Below are positions 15,960-25,388 of a stretch of DNA of 37,645 nucleotides, in pieces. The notes under the pieces are model-generated. The model searched no databases, was not told where the DNA came from, and saw only the letters and a list, made by a program, of their open reading frames with translations. Source of the DNA: an uncultured Bdellovibrionales bacterium (lineage in GTDB: Bacteria; Bdellovibrionota_C; UBA2361; SZUA-149; CALKYB01); the NCBI GenBank assembly GCA_964510575.1, contig CAZECN010000026.1, positions 1-37,645 on the forward strand, written 5' to 3'. The first letter of the stretch is position 1; the number at the start of each line of letters is the position of its first letter. The translations under genes were made by a program, and so were the position numbers.

Positions 15960-18900
15960 ATGGTTGCTCAGTTCTCTTTTTTTAAACTTTGCCTAATAAT
16001 TTTTTCAACACTTTTGGTTCCATCCTCTCTCTGGGCACAGAATAATTGCCAAACTGACAGAATTAGCTCTTTGCTTTCAAGTCCAGACCGAATTGGTTTT
16101 GGTGCCAACACCACGGGCGGAGCAGCAGCAAGACAGTTCACTGTAGTTTCCAACACTAACAGTAGTGGACCCGGAAGCCTAAGAGATGCGATTCAAAAAT
16201 CAGAAACCGACTCCCGACGCGCTGAACCGGTATGGGTGATTTTTGACGAAAGCCTAAGAGGAAGAACTATTGTTTTAGACCGAGCAATCAGCACCTTTCA
16301 GTCCAACCTAACAATAGATGGCCGTGGCCAGAATGGCATCTTGGATATCACTATCTCCCCTTCCTCATCAGCCGGCAATATCGCTATGATACAGCTTAGA
16401 GGCGGAAACACCATTCTTCATGGAATTACTTTAGACGGCAGGGGACAGGTTTCTACCGCCTTGATGCCAAGACAAGGGCATAACTATTGGTTGGACCATC
16501 TCACAATCACTGGCTTTAAAAGTGATGATGCCATTTCTATAGGTCAGGGCTCTAAAGCTGATTCAGCGTCTGAGGTAACAATATCCAATTACCTAGCCTA
16601 TGACACATCCAAGGCTATCCAAAGCGGAGGAAATGAGAATTTTCCTAACTTCCCTTTACACCGGGGCACTATTCTAAAGAGTTCCTTGGGAGCTTTTGAA
16701 CGAAACCCCAGAATAGCCTTTGGTGGCAGGTGGCATATGTTCAATAACCATGTTCATTCTTTTGGAATTGGAAGCGGAATTGATATCAATAACGCGGCTC
16801 AAATGATCGCTGAGAACAATGTCGTCTCCGGAGAAGGAGCCAGAGCTCCGCAAAGAGCAATTACCGGCAGAAGAGGTAACGGAACTTTGGCTAATGGCCA
16901 AAGTTTACCTATCGGTCATGTTTACACACGAGGAAACCAACTGATCAATAATGCTGGGGAGGAAGGTTCTATCAACCCTTCAAGCCCACGAGCCTTCACC
17001 ATACCCTACAATTATCAAACTATGCCTGTCGGTCAGGTTGTAAATTACGTCCGAGACAATGCTGGAGCCAGAAACGCGAGCGGTAGTCTTTTGGTTTGTG
17101 ACAGCACTACAGCGAATACACCAGTGACTCCGGCCGCAACCCCTACGACACAAACTCCAATCATAGATAACAACGTGGCTAGCAATGACCTAGCACAAGC
17201 CAATATCTTAACCCCGAGCTCAGAGTCCTCAATCAACAACGGAGTCCTTACAATAACCTTCGATACAGCAAATCAAGACGTAGACTGGGCCAGGGTTCGA
17301 GTAGGAAATTCCACCTACCTCAGCAATAGTAGAGGGGTGCATGTAAGCAATAAGCAATACTTTGAAATTAATGGTCTTAGAAGGGACGATCCTTCATTTA
17401 ACGACCCAATTACAGTAGAGGGAATTCCAGCAGATGGAAGTCTGGTCTATGTCTCCGTTTTTCTCTTCAAAGAAGGTAAGACATCTTCTGTGATCACTCA
17501 ATCTTACAATACCCGTAGGGACTCAAGTTCGACTGAGGGGACTACAGAGCCACAACCGCAAGCGACTGTTCCACAACGAACAACCTCAGCTACTGCTTCT
17601 AAAAACAGCTCCGGCGTTTGCTCCACAAAGCACTCAAGCCTGATTCATGCCAGACAAACATTTAATTCAAAATGTGGTAGCTACAACAAAGCCGAAGGAC
17701 ATGACTGTGACCGAGTTGCACATCTTTGGGTTTGCGCAAACCAATCTGTGGAGTCCATACCCAACCCTCTCAACATAAGTAGTGAACCGGCAACTAGGCC
17801 TACTGCAGAACCTGTTATAACGACTACTTCCCTTCCAATCTCAACTACAACTACGACCACAGTCGAATTAGGGACAAGCTCAAGCCCAGAGCCAACAGTG
17901 GAATTACCGTCTGATAACTCCGAGCAAGAGAGAAAAAGAACTCTTCTTGAGTCACCCTGGAAGTTTGGTTTCGGGGCTGCAACTACTGGAGCAGGGTATG
18001 GCGGTCGAATCTACGTAGTAACCAACACCAACGACAGTGGCCCAGGTTCTCTTAGACAAGGGCTTAGCCAAAGTGGCAATTGGGTAATTTACGACAGCCG
18101 ATTGGATGGAAGAACTATATTTCTTGAAAGTTCAATTCACATAGCAAGAAACATCACTTGGGATGGCAGAGACGCCTTAGTTAGAATAGCACCAGCAAGA
18201 AACGCTAGGCGTCTAACTTTTCTTCGCTTCACTCAAGGCAACGCTATTGTTCATCGAGTGCTTTGGGGGCCCACAGAAAACCTTAGTGGCTTCCAAAACA
18301 CCAACCACTATACCGGTGTTAGCGTCACCCAGGGAGAGAACTATTGGTTTGACCATGTTGAATCAAGTAATCACGATGATGACTCCTTTGGGATTGGAAA
18401 TCACAGTCGAACCTCTGCGATAAATATAACTGTAACACACTACAAGGTTTATAACGCCGACAAAGGGCTACTAGTCTTTCAAGATAGTCAGATTCAACAA
18501 AACGCCGGTCGTGTCGGACAAGTAACTATTGCCTACTCAGACTTTGCTGCGATATGCCGTAACTTTAGAGTTTCAGGTGGAAGATATGTGCATGGTTTTA
18601 ATAACTACGTCCACGATTTCGGAGGCGACACCTGCGGAAACGTAGCTGGTCATGGTAAAGCTTCGAATAGAGACGGCCGAGGAGTTCCAGTTCTTCTCGC
18701 AGAGTCAAGTGTATACGAAGATCAAAATGATGGACTAGCGGGACTATTTGACCAAGTTCAAACCCCGTCACCGTTTGACAGTCAGGGGTATGTCTTTACC
18801 GATGGAGAAAATATCTTCTTAAGAGGCTCTCCCAATAATTTTGTTTTTCGACCTGGCGACCGAGTGACTGGTGGTGTCGAGCGCCCCTCCCCACCTTATT

Positions 18901-18989
18901 CATATCCAAAAATGGATGCTCGAAGAGTTAAAGAATATGTCGAAAGAAACGCTGGAGTTAATGGGGCGAATATCCCTTTTCTCCCATAG
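15960..18989 (+). CDS. Secreted protein with two pectate-lyase-superfamily (PL1-like) beta-helix domains separated by a Thr/Pro linker, a beta-sandwich module and a 4-Cys module
   Basis: Signal peptide MVAQFSFFKLCLIIFSTLLVPSSLWAQ. Domain 1 has GFGANTTGG...SNLTIDGRGQNG...NYWLDHLTITGF. Domain 2 has GFGAATTGAGYGG...NITWDGRDA...NYWFDHVESSNHDDDSFGIG. Both carry the WxDH motif. Thr/Pro-rich linkers (TPVTPAATPTTQTP, TTTSLPISTTTTTTV) separate the domains. Confidence 0.75.
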   Translation: MVAQFSFFKLCLIIFSTLLVPSSLWAQNNCQTDRISSLLSSPDRIGFGANTTGGAAARQFTVVSNTNSSGPGSLRDAIQKSETDSRRAEPVWVIFDESLRGRTIVLDRAISTFQSNLTIDGRGQNGILDITISPSSSAGNIAMIQLRGGNTILHGITLDGRGQVSTALMPRQGHNYWLDHLTITGFKSDDAISIGQGSKADSASEVTISNYLAYDTSKAIQSGGNENFPNFPLHRGTILKSSLGAFERNPRIAFGGRWHMFNNHVHSFGIGSGIDINNAAQMIAENNVVSGEGARAPQRAITGRRGNGTLANGQSLPIGHVYTRGNQLINNAGEEGSINPSSPRAFTIPYNYQTMPVGQVVNYVRDNAGARNASGSLLVCDSTTANTPVTPAATPTTQTPIIDNNVASNDLAQANILTPSSESSINNGVLTITFDTANQDVDWARVRVGNSTYLSNSRGVHVSNKQYFEINGLRRDDPSFNDPITVEGIPADGSLVYVSVFLFKEGKTSSVITQSYNTRRDSSSTEGTTEPQPQATVPQRTTSATASKNSSGVCSTKHSSLIHARQTFNSKCGSYNKAEGHDCDRVAHLWVCANQSVESIPNPLNISSEPATRPTAEPVITTTSLPISTTTTTTVELGTSSSPEPTVELPSDNSEQERKRTLLESPWKFGFGAATTGAGYGGRIYVVTNTNDSGPGSLRQGLSQSGNWVIYDSRLDGRTIFLESSIHIARNITWDGRDALVRIAPARNARRLTFLRFTQGNAIVHRVLWGPTENLSGFQNTNHYTGVSVTQGENYWFDHVESSNHDDDSFGIGNHSRTSAINITVTHYKVYNADKGLLVFQDSQIQQNAGRVGQVTIAYSDFAAICRNFRVSGGRYVHGFNNYVHDFGGDTCGNVAGHGKASNRDGRGVPVLLAESSVYEDQNDGLAGLFDQVQTPSPFDSQGYVFTDGENIFLRGSPNNFVFRPGDRVTGGVERPSPPYSYPKMDARRVKEYVERNAGVNGANIPFLP

Positions 18990-19038
18990 TTAAACGAACC
19001 GAGCATTTTAGTCGATAAGACCCAGCGAAACGACCCTA

Positions 19039-19767
19039 TTAGTTCATCCAAGCCTCAGCTTGCTGCAAGGTCGTTTCTCTACCAAAAGGAAGGCCCTCTA
19101 GCAGCTCTAATATATCACTACTAACTTGAACTTCAGGCTCTTGAGTTACTTCTTCTACGCTCAACCGGGCTTCGCCTTTCACTTCCTCAGCGGCATTAGC
19201 TGCCTCAACCAACTCTAGTATTTTTTTCTGCATCCCAATCGCATGTTCCATAGGTAAGCCTTTAACATAAGCCTTATTAACTGATTTGGCAGATGCAGTT
19301 GATACCACTAGGTTGCAAAGCCCAAACGGTAATTGTTTCCAATCTTGCTTTGTGTAGACATCGGTAACTTGTGTCAACTTAAAGGAACTTAAACATTTCT
19401 TTAGACACCCCTTACGAAACCTCAATGATTGGTTATGAATGTAGTATCTAGAGACTCTGTGACGCATAAATCTGGTTTGATAAGAGGAAAACCAAGCGAT
19501 AGCAGAAATGACCGATAAAAATAACCAAGCTTTAGTCGCTATTTCAAAATTCTCTTGAGAACTTCCGAAGTAATGTAATCCAAAAATCATGGCTAAGCCT
19601 GATCCAAAAACTCCAACCGCAGAGATAAAAGAAGATAAAGTATCCGAAAGAGCAGCGGTTCCGCATCCAATAGGAAAGTTTTCTCTCAAGGAAAGAAACT
19701 GCAGGTCATCATCAATAGAGTTATTGGCGTGTGCCTTCTTTAGACGGTTCAGATCCTTGTCATTCAT
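19039..19767 (-). CDS. Bacterial PH domain (bPH_2 / YdbT-like) membrane protein, paralog B
   Basis: About 45% identity to paralog A over its full length. The core RYYIHNQSLRFRKGCLKKCLSSFKLTQVTDVYTKQDWKQLPFGLCNLVVSTASAKSV is conserved. It has two TM helices and is convergent with the tandem-PL1 gene. Confidence 0.6.
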   Translation of the reverse strand: MNDKDLNRLKKAHANNSIDDDLQFLSLRENFPIGCGTAALSDTLSSFISAVGVFGSGLAMIFGLHYFGSSQENFEIATKAWLFLSVISAIAWFSSYQTRFMRHRVSRYYIHNQSLRFRKGCLKKCLSSFKLTQVTDVYTKQDWKQLPFGLCNLVVSTASAKSVNKAYVKGLPMEHAIGMQKKILELVEAANAAEEVKGEARLSVEEVTQEPEVQVSSDILELLEGLPFGRETTLQQAEAWMN

Positions 19768-20176
19768 TGCAGTATCCCTTCTCTAGGCTCATGCTTACCT
19801 ATAACGCTGGGCTAGCCAGAAGGTTACTAACTCTACTGAATAATATTTTAAATCAGGGCAAACTCGCATTACTTAGAGCTCGATCATGTTTTAATCTAAT
19901 TCTAGTAGTCCTAAACACAGATTGGAGTCGAGTAGTATTCAAATACTGTCTATTAAAACAAATCAATGTAGCCAAACAGGGTCACCCTCTGCTTGGTTCT
20001 TTGTCGAGAATGGTCGGAAGTAAAGGTTGTAAAAGGAGGTTTATTCTTACTTCTAGCTAGTAGTAAAATTCGAAACATCATCTCTTGTTGCTCTTAAGTT
20101 GAGAAAGGATAGGACAACTTATCCGGCCTAAATCCGTTAGGGGTTTGGGTCTTCATCAACTTAACAGGAGATAACT

Positions 20177-20620
20177 ATGTGTAAATCACACGTATTCCTT
20201 GGCGGTTCTTGCAACCCCACCACTTGGCGAATGGATGTAGCTATCCCGGCCCTAGAAGCTGCTGGAGTCAGTTACTACAACCCACAAGTGGAGGATTGGA
20301 CCCCGGAATTAGTGGAAGTGGAGGCAAATGCCAAAGCTGAAGCTGAAGTTCTGTTGTTCGTCATCGATGGTGAAACGCGTGCCATAGCTTCAATTTTAGA
20401 AGCGACTGAGTACATGTGCACCGGCCGAAAAGTGGTTCTCGTAATTGAGGATATCACTGACGGCACGATGATTGAGGGTGATAAAGTGTCTGGCCGAGAG
20501 CTGAAAGACCTGAATCGAGCCCGAGCCTATTTGGCAGACGTCGCAAAAAGAAGCGGTGTCGAAGAGTTCGAAACGGTAAAAGCAGCGGTCGATGGCATCA
20601 TCCGACTTAGCCTTAGCTAA
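20177..20620 (+). CDS. Small cytoplasmic protein, possibly nucleoside 2-deoxyribosyltransferase-like (YtoQ-like Rossmann fold)
   Basis: It has a strong RBS (AGGAGA-N6-ATG). The N-terminal HVFLGGSCNPTTWR and the central EVLLFVIDGETRAIASILE recall the YtoQ family pattern (VYLAGEIHSNWREEI ... ADFVIALFG). This is weak, memory-based similarity. Confidence 0.35.
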   Translation: MCKSHVFLGGSCNPTTWRMDVAIPALEAAGVSYYNPQVEDWTPELVEVEANAKAEAEVLLFVIDGETRAIASILEATEYMCTGRKVVLVIEDITDGTMIEGDKVSGRELKDLNRARAYLADVAKRSGVEEFETVKAAVDGIIRLSLS

Positions 20621-20889
20621 GCAGTAGAAGTTGGGGTGTGCGTGAGGCACGTAACGCAGAGATTGTTTTGCTAGTTTTAGAGTGGACATCCGCCATTCTC
20701 ACCCCTTTCCTATTAAAGCAAGCTTACCGCTTAATTTAGTAAGAAATGCTAGATCTTGAATCAAGGAAGTTAACATCATTTCACCTATTCTAGAGTTGAT
20801 AGAAAAGATCCTCCGTCAAAATCTTTATCATTTTTCTTTTCAGATGAAGGTTCCAACTTCTTTTCCAATACCAAGAAAGCTGCAGATCA

Positions 20890-21516
20890 TTAACTTCGGC
20901 AAATTAGCCCACTATCCAGCCCCTTCCAAATATGTAGGGCCAGAAAAGATCTGTGGGGAGAAAAAGACTCTACTATTTCTGGGGAATCTTCAATTTTAAG
21001 AAGTTTTAAACCACGGTTGATCGCACCATCACCTTCTGGCCAAACATCTGGGTGGTGAATATAAAACATCGCAACCATATCGGCTGACCACTTTCCGAAG
21101 CCCCAAAGGTTTGATATTTGCTCAGTAATCTCTTTTGGCGAAGCTTTCTTTAACTTTTTTTCGTCAATAACACCTTCTTCACATGCCTCTCTCAAACGGC
21201 AAAGCGCTTCGGCCTTACTTCGCGAAAGACCACAAGAAAGAAGCGTGCGTTTTCTCCGATTCACAAAAAGATCAAATAAAGCTGCTTCGTCTTCTCCACA
21301 TTTTAAAAGCAGGCGATTGTAAATTGTTTGAGCTGCAGCCTTACTTAGTTGCTGGCCAGCAACCGTGCGAACCAAAAAGGCGAAAAGAGTCTTCTCCCCG
21401 GCTCGGCGAAGCTTAAGCACACCGTTTTGCTTAATTACCTCAGTAAGTTCAGGACATGAAGCCTTGGCAGTACGCAAAAGCTTGCGGTGTATTTCGTTGA
21501 GTTTCTTCACAATCAA
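20890..21516 (-). CDS. HhH-GPD superfamily DNA glycosylase (AlkA-like DNA-3-methyladenine glycosylase II)
   Basis: Helix-hairpin-helix/GPD region ISNLWGFGKWSADMVAMFYIHHPDVWPEGDGAINRGL. Compare AlkA LPGIGRWTANYFALRG...DVFLPDDYLIK, with the catalytic Asp context. Confidence 0.65.
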   Translation of the reverse strand: MIVKKLNEIHRKLLRTAKASCPELTEVIKQNGVLKLRRAGEKTLFAFLVRTVAGQQLSKAAAQTIYNRLLLKCGEDEAALFDLFVNRRKRTLLSCGLSRSKAEALCRLREACEEGVIDEKKLKKASPKEITEQISNLWGFGKWSADMVAMFYIHHPDVWPEGDGAINRGLKLLKIEDSPEIVESFSPHRSFLALHIWKGLDSGLICRS

Positions 21517-21523
21517 TTAGATC

Positions 21524-21870
21524 TACATTCTTCTATAGAGCCTTCTAAGACTAACCGAATAGGGTTAGCAAGCTTACCTCTTAACTTCTCCAGAGCCTCT
21601 CTTAGCTTATTTTTAACTTCCTGGTCAGGAGCTTTCTTCGGGATGATGCCCTAAGGCTTCATTTTCACTGTAATATTCTTATCAACTAAGTCTTTTTCTA
21701 ATTCAAGGTTGAGCTGGGTCTTCGTGAATGGGACTACCCAAGACTCCCCTTCCTTCTTACCCTCGAAGTCCTTAGATGACCCCTCTTCGCTCGCTCAGCA
21801 GCAACCGTTCTTTCCAAAACAAGACGGTATGGTTTTGGACCTCATTCTCGGCCATAAAGGCCCTAAATTG
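21524..21870 (-). pseudogene. Degraded gene remnant(s): short ORF pieces including two joined by an in-frame TAG
   Basis: Manual minus-strand translation gives ASEEGSSKDFEGKKEGESWVVPFTKTQLNLELEKDLVDKNITVKMKP-TAG-GIIPKKAPDQEVKNKLREALEKLRGKLANPIRLVLEGSIEECRSN* in one frame, plus MAENEVQNHTVLFWKERLLLSERRGVI* in another. No intact ORF of 60 aa or more exists in this 500-bp stretch. Confidence 0.3.
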
Positions 21871-22046
21871 CCTGAAAGTTAACCAAACCTTATATGCAAC
21901 ACTTTCTGACTTTTCCCCACAATAGTCTCGGTAGACGAGTAAAATTGGTTTTAGGCATAGCAGCTAAGTTATCGCCTCTTCAGCTTTTTTGGGGTTACTA
22001 GTTGGCTTATAGGAGTCAACCAGTCACCCCACAAGAGCAATAAAAA

Positions 22047-22259
22047 ATGATAAAAATAACAATTTTCGTTTTAGGAATGATAATGTTGACTACCTGCGTC
22101 ACTGCCATGTTTAGGCAAAAAGTAAAAAAGACGATAGTACCTAAAAAAGCCAACAATACTATTTCGGCGGCTGTTTGGCTTGCGTTGGTCTTCATAATAG
22201 TGGTCTTTGCAGTTCCAATGTACGCGTACATTGACTCCACTTTACTCTTCAATAGATGA
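22047..22259 (+). CDS. Possible small two-TM membrane protein (70 aa)
   Basis: Two clean hydrophobic helices (IFVLGMIMLTTCVTAMF and AAVWLALVFIIVVFAVPMYAYI) with basic stretches between them. The region is AT-rich and an overlapping antisense ORF is equally hydrophobic, so the call is uncertain. Confidence 0.25.
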   Translation: MIKITIFVLGMIMLTTCVTAMFRQKVKKTIVPKKANNTISAAVWLALVFIIVVFAVPMYAYIDSTLLFNR

Positions 22260-22722
22260 TACAAGGAGTCAATTTGGGCAGAGAGGTTTTACTCTGAGGT
22301 AATCATATTACCTAGACATGGTTTTCTTACTTGTCTCCCAAATTCACCTTTCCTCTTAGGCCACACCCAGCAGTCCAATGACCTAGACTGAAAATCTAAA
22401 TAAAATGGCTCCCCCCAATCCATCTATCATGGACTAGCTTTAACTTGCTTAAACATTATGATCTAAACTCTCATTTCTAAAGTTTTAGCTTTAGCACCGA
22501 ACAGCAAACAAATAGTTGTCATTTTCCAATCTTTTCAATAAATTGCCTCTCCAAAAATTGAATATGGGAAGTCGAAGATTCGATTTGTAACCAGCTCTGA
22601 CTGTTTATCAATCAGATTTGGTTGCATTAAGAGATAAAAAGGTTTTGCCTTTCTTGAATGTTGATCGACTTGAGCAACCTGCTTGTTGTCCAGGCCGATT
22701 AACATTCCCCAGGAGGGATATA

Positions 22723-23115
22723 ATGATGGCTGCAACAATAATCTTATCCCTTGATTGGGATCTCAAAGAAAGAGGCCGTGTTTATTGGACTCTCTTTTTT
22801 ATTGGAATATTGCTTTGTTTCATAGGAGGCATTCATCTCCTTTTCGATGAAGTAAGCACAGGCAGGGGATTTTTTGCTGCAAGCGCGACTGTGCTAATCG
22901 CCTGTTGTTTACTGCGACTTTACAGTAGCAAAGGTGAAAAGGGGCTAGAGGCACTATTTTGTCGACTCTATTCCTTAGCAATCACTGTCTACTGCTTAGT
23001 ACCTAACCCCACTTTAAAGGTAAAGGTATGCAAGTTGCTCTTCGAATGGCTGGGTCTACTTGCTCTGTTAAAGTTTCTTTCAGATAGAGGTGCCGCTGAA
23101 GTCTTTTGCACATGA
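22723..23115 (+). CDS. Hypothetical membrane protein (130 aa, ~3 TM)
   Basis: An ATG at 22723 is preceded by a near-ideal SD (AGGAGGgatataATG). The upstream TTG at 22618 in the ORF track is probably not the real start. Confidence 0.5.
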   Translation: MMAATIILSLDWDLKERGRVYWTLFFIGILLCFIGGIHLLFDEVSTGRGFFAASATVLIACCLLRLYSSKGEKGLEALFCRLYSLAITVYCLVPNPTLKVKVCKLLFEWLGLLALLKFLSDRGAAEVFCT

Positions 23116-23219
23116 CCTAGAAAGAGAAGTAGAGAGCTACAAATTTACTTCCAATTTAAACCTTGATAGTAAGAAAAATAAGCTGTTTTAAGAATATATC
23201 TAAATATAAGGGCAAACCG

Positions 23220-24170
23220 ATGAAACGTAGATCTTTTCTAAAGCTCTCAACCAGTGCAGTTTGTCTCTCGCTAGTGCCAGTTACTAGCTCTGCAGACGAA
23301 CCTAGCGAAATAACCAAGGCCCTTAGCATCCAGAATTCAAAAGTTGGCGACTGGGTAGTCACTGCTCTACTAGATGGCTCTCTTGAAATTAGCGCTGATA
23401 AATTTGCTAACTTAACAGAGACTGAAGCGACTCAGTTTCTGAAAGATGCGTATAAATCTGATGGACCGGTGCCAACTGGAGTCAATGCTTATGTCTTGCG
23501 AAAGGATGATAGGCTTGTCCTAGTTGATGCTGGTGGAGCAGGAGCCTTTCCTAGACTAGGGGCACTCAAAGCCTCACTTGCGGCGATAAATATCTCAGCC
23601 AATCAAGTAACTGACGTGTTGCTTACCCACCTTCATCCCGATCACGTTGGTGGCATGTTGCAAGATGGTAAAGCCGTTTTTAACAACGCCAAAGTTCATG
23701 TTCATCAAGCTGATATTGATTTTTGGACAGATCAATCCAAAAAGGCAGCTGCTCCGAAATCTGCTCAGGTCTTTTTTGACCTTGCTACTTCAGTGGTTAG
23801 TGCCTACAAGTCTAACCTAAAACCCTTTACCTCCGACGTTGAGTTACTGCCAGGTATTAAAACTCGTCATTTACCAGGACACACGCCTGGCCACAGCGGC
23901 TATGTAGTAGGTTCAGGAAGTGATCAGCTACTTATTTGGGGTGACATTGTTCACGTCGCAGCCTTTCAATTTCCTAAGCCTACTGCCAGCATTGGCTTCG
24001 ATGTGGACTCAGCTGCTGCGGTAAAAACTCGGCTTTCACTTTTTGAGGAAGTTGCTACCAATCGCACACGAGTGGCTGGCATGCACCTATCCTTCCCTGG
24101 AATTGGCTACGTCGAGAAAGAAGTAAATGGCTATGAATTCAAACCAGCTGACTGGACTTTTTCCTTATAG
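23220..24170 (+). CDS. MBL-fold metallo-hydrolase with twin-arginine (Tat) signal peptide
   Basis: MKRRSFLKLSTSAVCLSLVPVTSSA matches the Tat consensus (S/T)RRxFLK. The metallo-beta-lactamase motif is present (VLLTHLHPDHVGG), with downstream Asp/His ligands (HLPGHTPGHSGY). Confidence 0.75.
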   Translation: MKRRSFLKLSTSAVCLSLVPVTSSADEPSEITKALSIQNSKVGDWVVTALLDGSLEISADKFANLTETEATQFLKDAYKSDGPVPTGVNAYVLRKDDRLVLVDAGGAGAFPRLGALKASLAAINISANQVTDVLLTHLHPDHVGGMLQDGKAVFNNAKVHVHQADIDFWTDQSKKAAAPKSAQVFFDLATSVVSAYKSNLKPFTSDVELLPGIKTRHLPGHTPGHSGYVVGSGSDQLLIWGDIVHVAAFQFPKPTASIGFDVDSAAAVKTRLSLFEEVATNRTRVAGMHLSFPGIGYVEKEVNGYEFKPADWTFSL

Positions 24171-24257
24171 ATAGAAAGAGAAATAGTACTAAGAAGATAG
24201 TAAAGAGAGACTTTTGAGGTAAATAACATTCGATAAAAACCTAAAAGTTGAAAGTAT

Positions 24258-24292
24258 AGCGGTCGTGCCCATTGGATACGACCGCTGCTACT
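24258..24292. terminator. Bidirectional terminator between convergent MBL gene and 24294-24665 gene
   Basis: AGCGGTCGT-gcccattggat-ACGACCGCT is a perfect 9-bp stem, followed by GCTACTTTT. Confidence 0.5.
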
Positions 24293-24293
24293 T

Positions 24294-24665
24294 TTAACGA
24301 CCTCCTTTTCTGCGAACTCTACTTACTTGATGAGGTCCGTTTTTTTGAGGAACAGCAAAAGTTATGCCTTTCTCACCCATACTAACAGTCGAGCCAAATG
24401 GAATGGTCCTTACAACTTCCTCACCAGCATGCACCGAAATACCTTCGTCTCCAGCTGAAAAACTTACCGGCTTTGCTAAGCTTGGATGTTCTTGAGGATC
24501 TGGATAGTAAGCTGTTCTAACATTAGTTGGAAAAAGTTCCGCTAGTTCACAAGTTGCATCCAAATCAATAGCCGATAAGTTTAAAGCTTCAGATACGGCA
24601 TGATGAACTGGATCCTCTAAAACACAGTTTCGAAATTTTGCTATAGTCATATAGTGTGAAGTCAT
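24294..24665 (-). CDS. Hypothetical cytoplasmic protein (possibly small beta-barrel/cupin-like)
   Basis: A 123-aa ORF with no signal peptide or TM. The cupin guess rests only on the SFSAGDEGISVHAGEEVVRTIPFGSTV region and is weak. Confidence 0.4.
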   Translation of the reverse strand: MTSHYMTIAKFRNCVLEDPVHHAVSEALNLSAIDLDATCELAELFPTNVRTAYYPDPQEHPSLAKPVSFSAGDEGISVHAGEEVVRTIPFGSTVSMGEKGITFAVPQKNGPHQVSRVRRKGGR

Positions 24666-25367
24666 TGTTAAGTGTAAATTTCCAACTAAAAAAAAGTTGG
24701 TGTGAAAGGTTTACCGCCCACAGACATCTTACAGACGACTCTAGGCGATAAACCGGAAAACCATTCTTCTCAAAAGTCTCAGAGAAAAGCAGGGCACTTT
24801 TCATTCAAACTTTCGAGCACTCAAGATCTATAAATTGTAAAAGAGCTGATCAGTCATACTGACAACTTTATAATATAGGTTTCAGGACATCTTTCAATAA
24901 TTGACTAAATAGCCCCTACCCTGGGATTATACCTTGCTCCAGGATAATACTGCGCTTTAAACGTAAAAACCGGTTTTTCTCATAAAAGGGGCAAAATCGA
25001 TCTGAAACACCCCTGAGCTGCTCCTAAGCACAATTTATCTATCCAATAGCCTAAAAGAATAGGATCTCTAGTCATTTTCCCTAAGGCCAAAGTCGAATAC
25101 CCTTCAACGAAAATCAATATCGCTCAAAATCAAATCTCCATGCCTAAGACCTCTCCTGAGATTTTCTAGATTCATAGCCCGCGTCAGCTAGGATAAGCGG
25201 AGGAATATCCAAGCTGCAGCAATATTAGTGCCTGTAAACTTTTCATAATCAAAGCCCTTAAAAACTGCTTAAATTAGAAAACTGTTAGACTACTCCGTCA
25301 TGAAGTTTATAAGTCATTTTTCTCTTGAAAAATTGAAATACTTCCATTAGACCGTCGTCCCTGATTT

Positions 25368-25388
25368 GTCTCAGATATTATCTGAGAC
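25368..25388. promoter_or_regulatory. 21-bp perfect palindrome GTCTCAGATA-T-TATCTGAGAC (candidate operator) ~130 bp upstream of the SPFH gene
   Basis: Read directly from the sequence: the 10-nt arms are exact reverse complements around a single central T. Confidence 0.45.
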
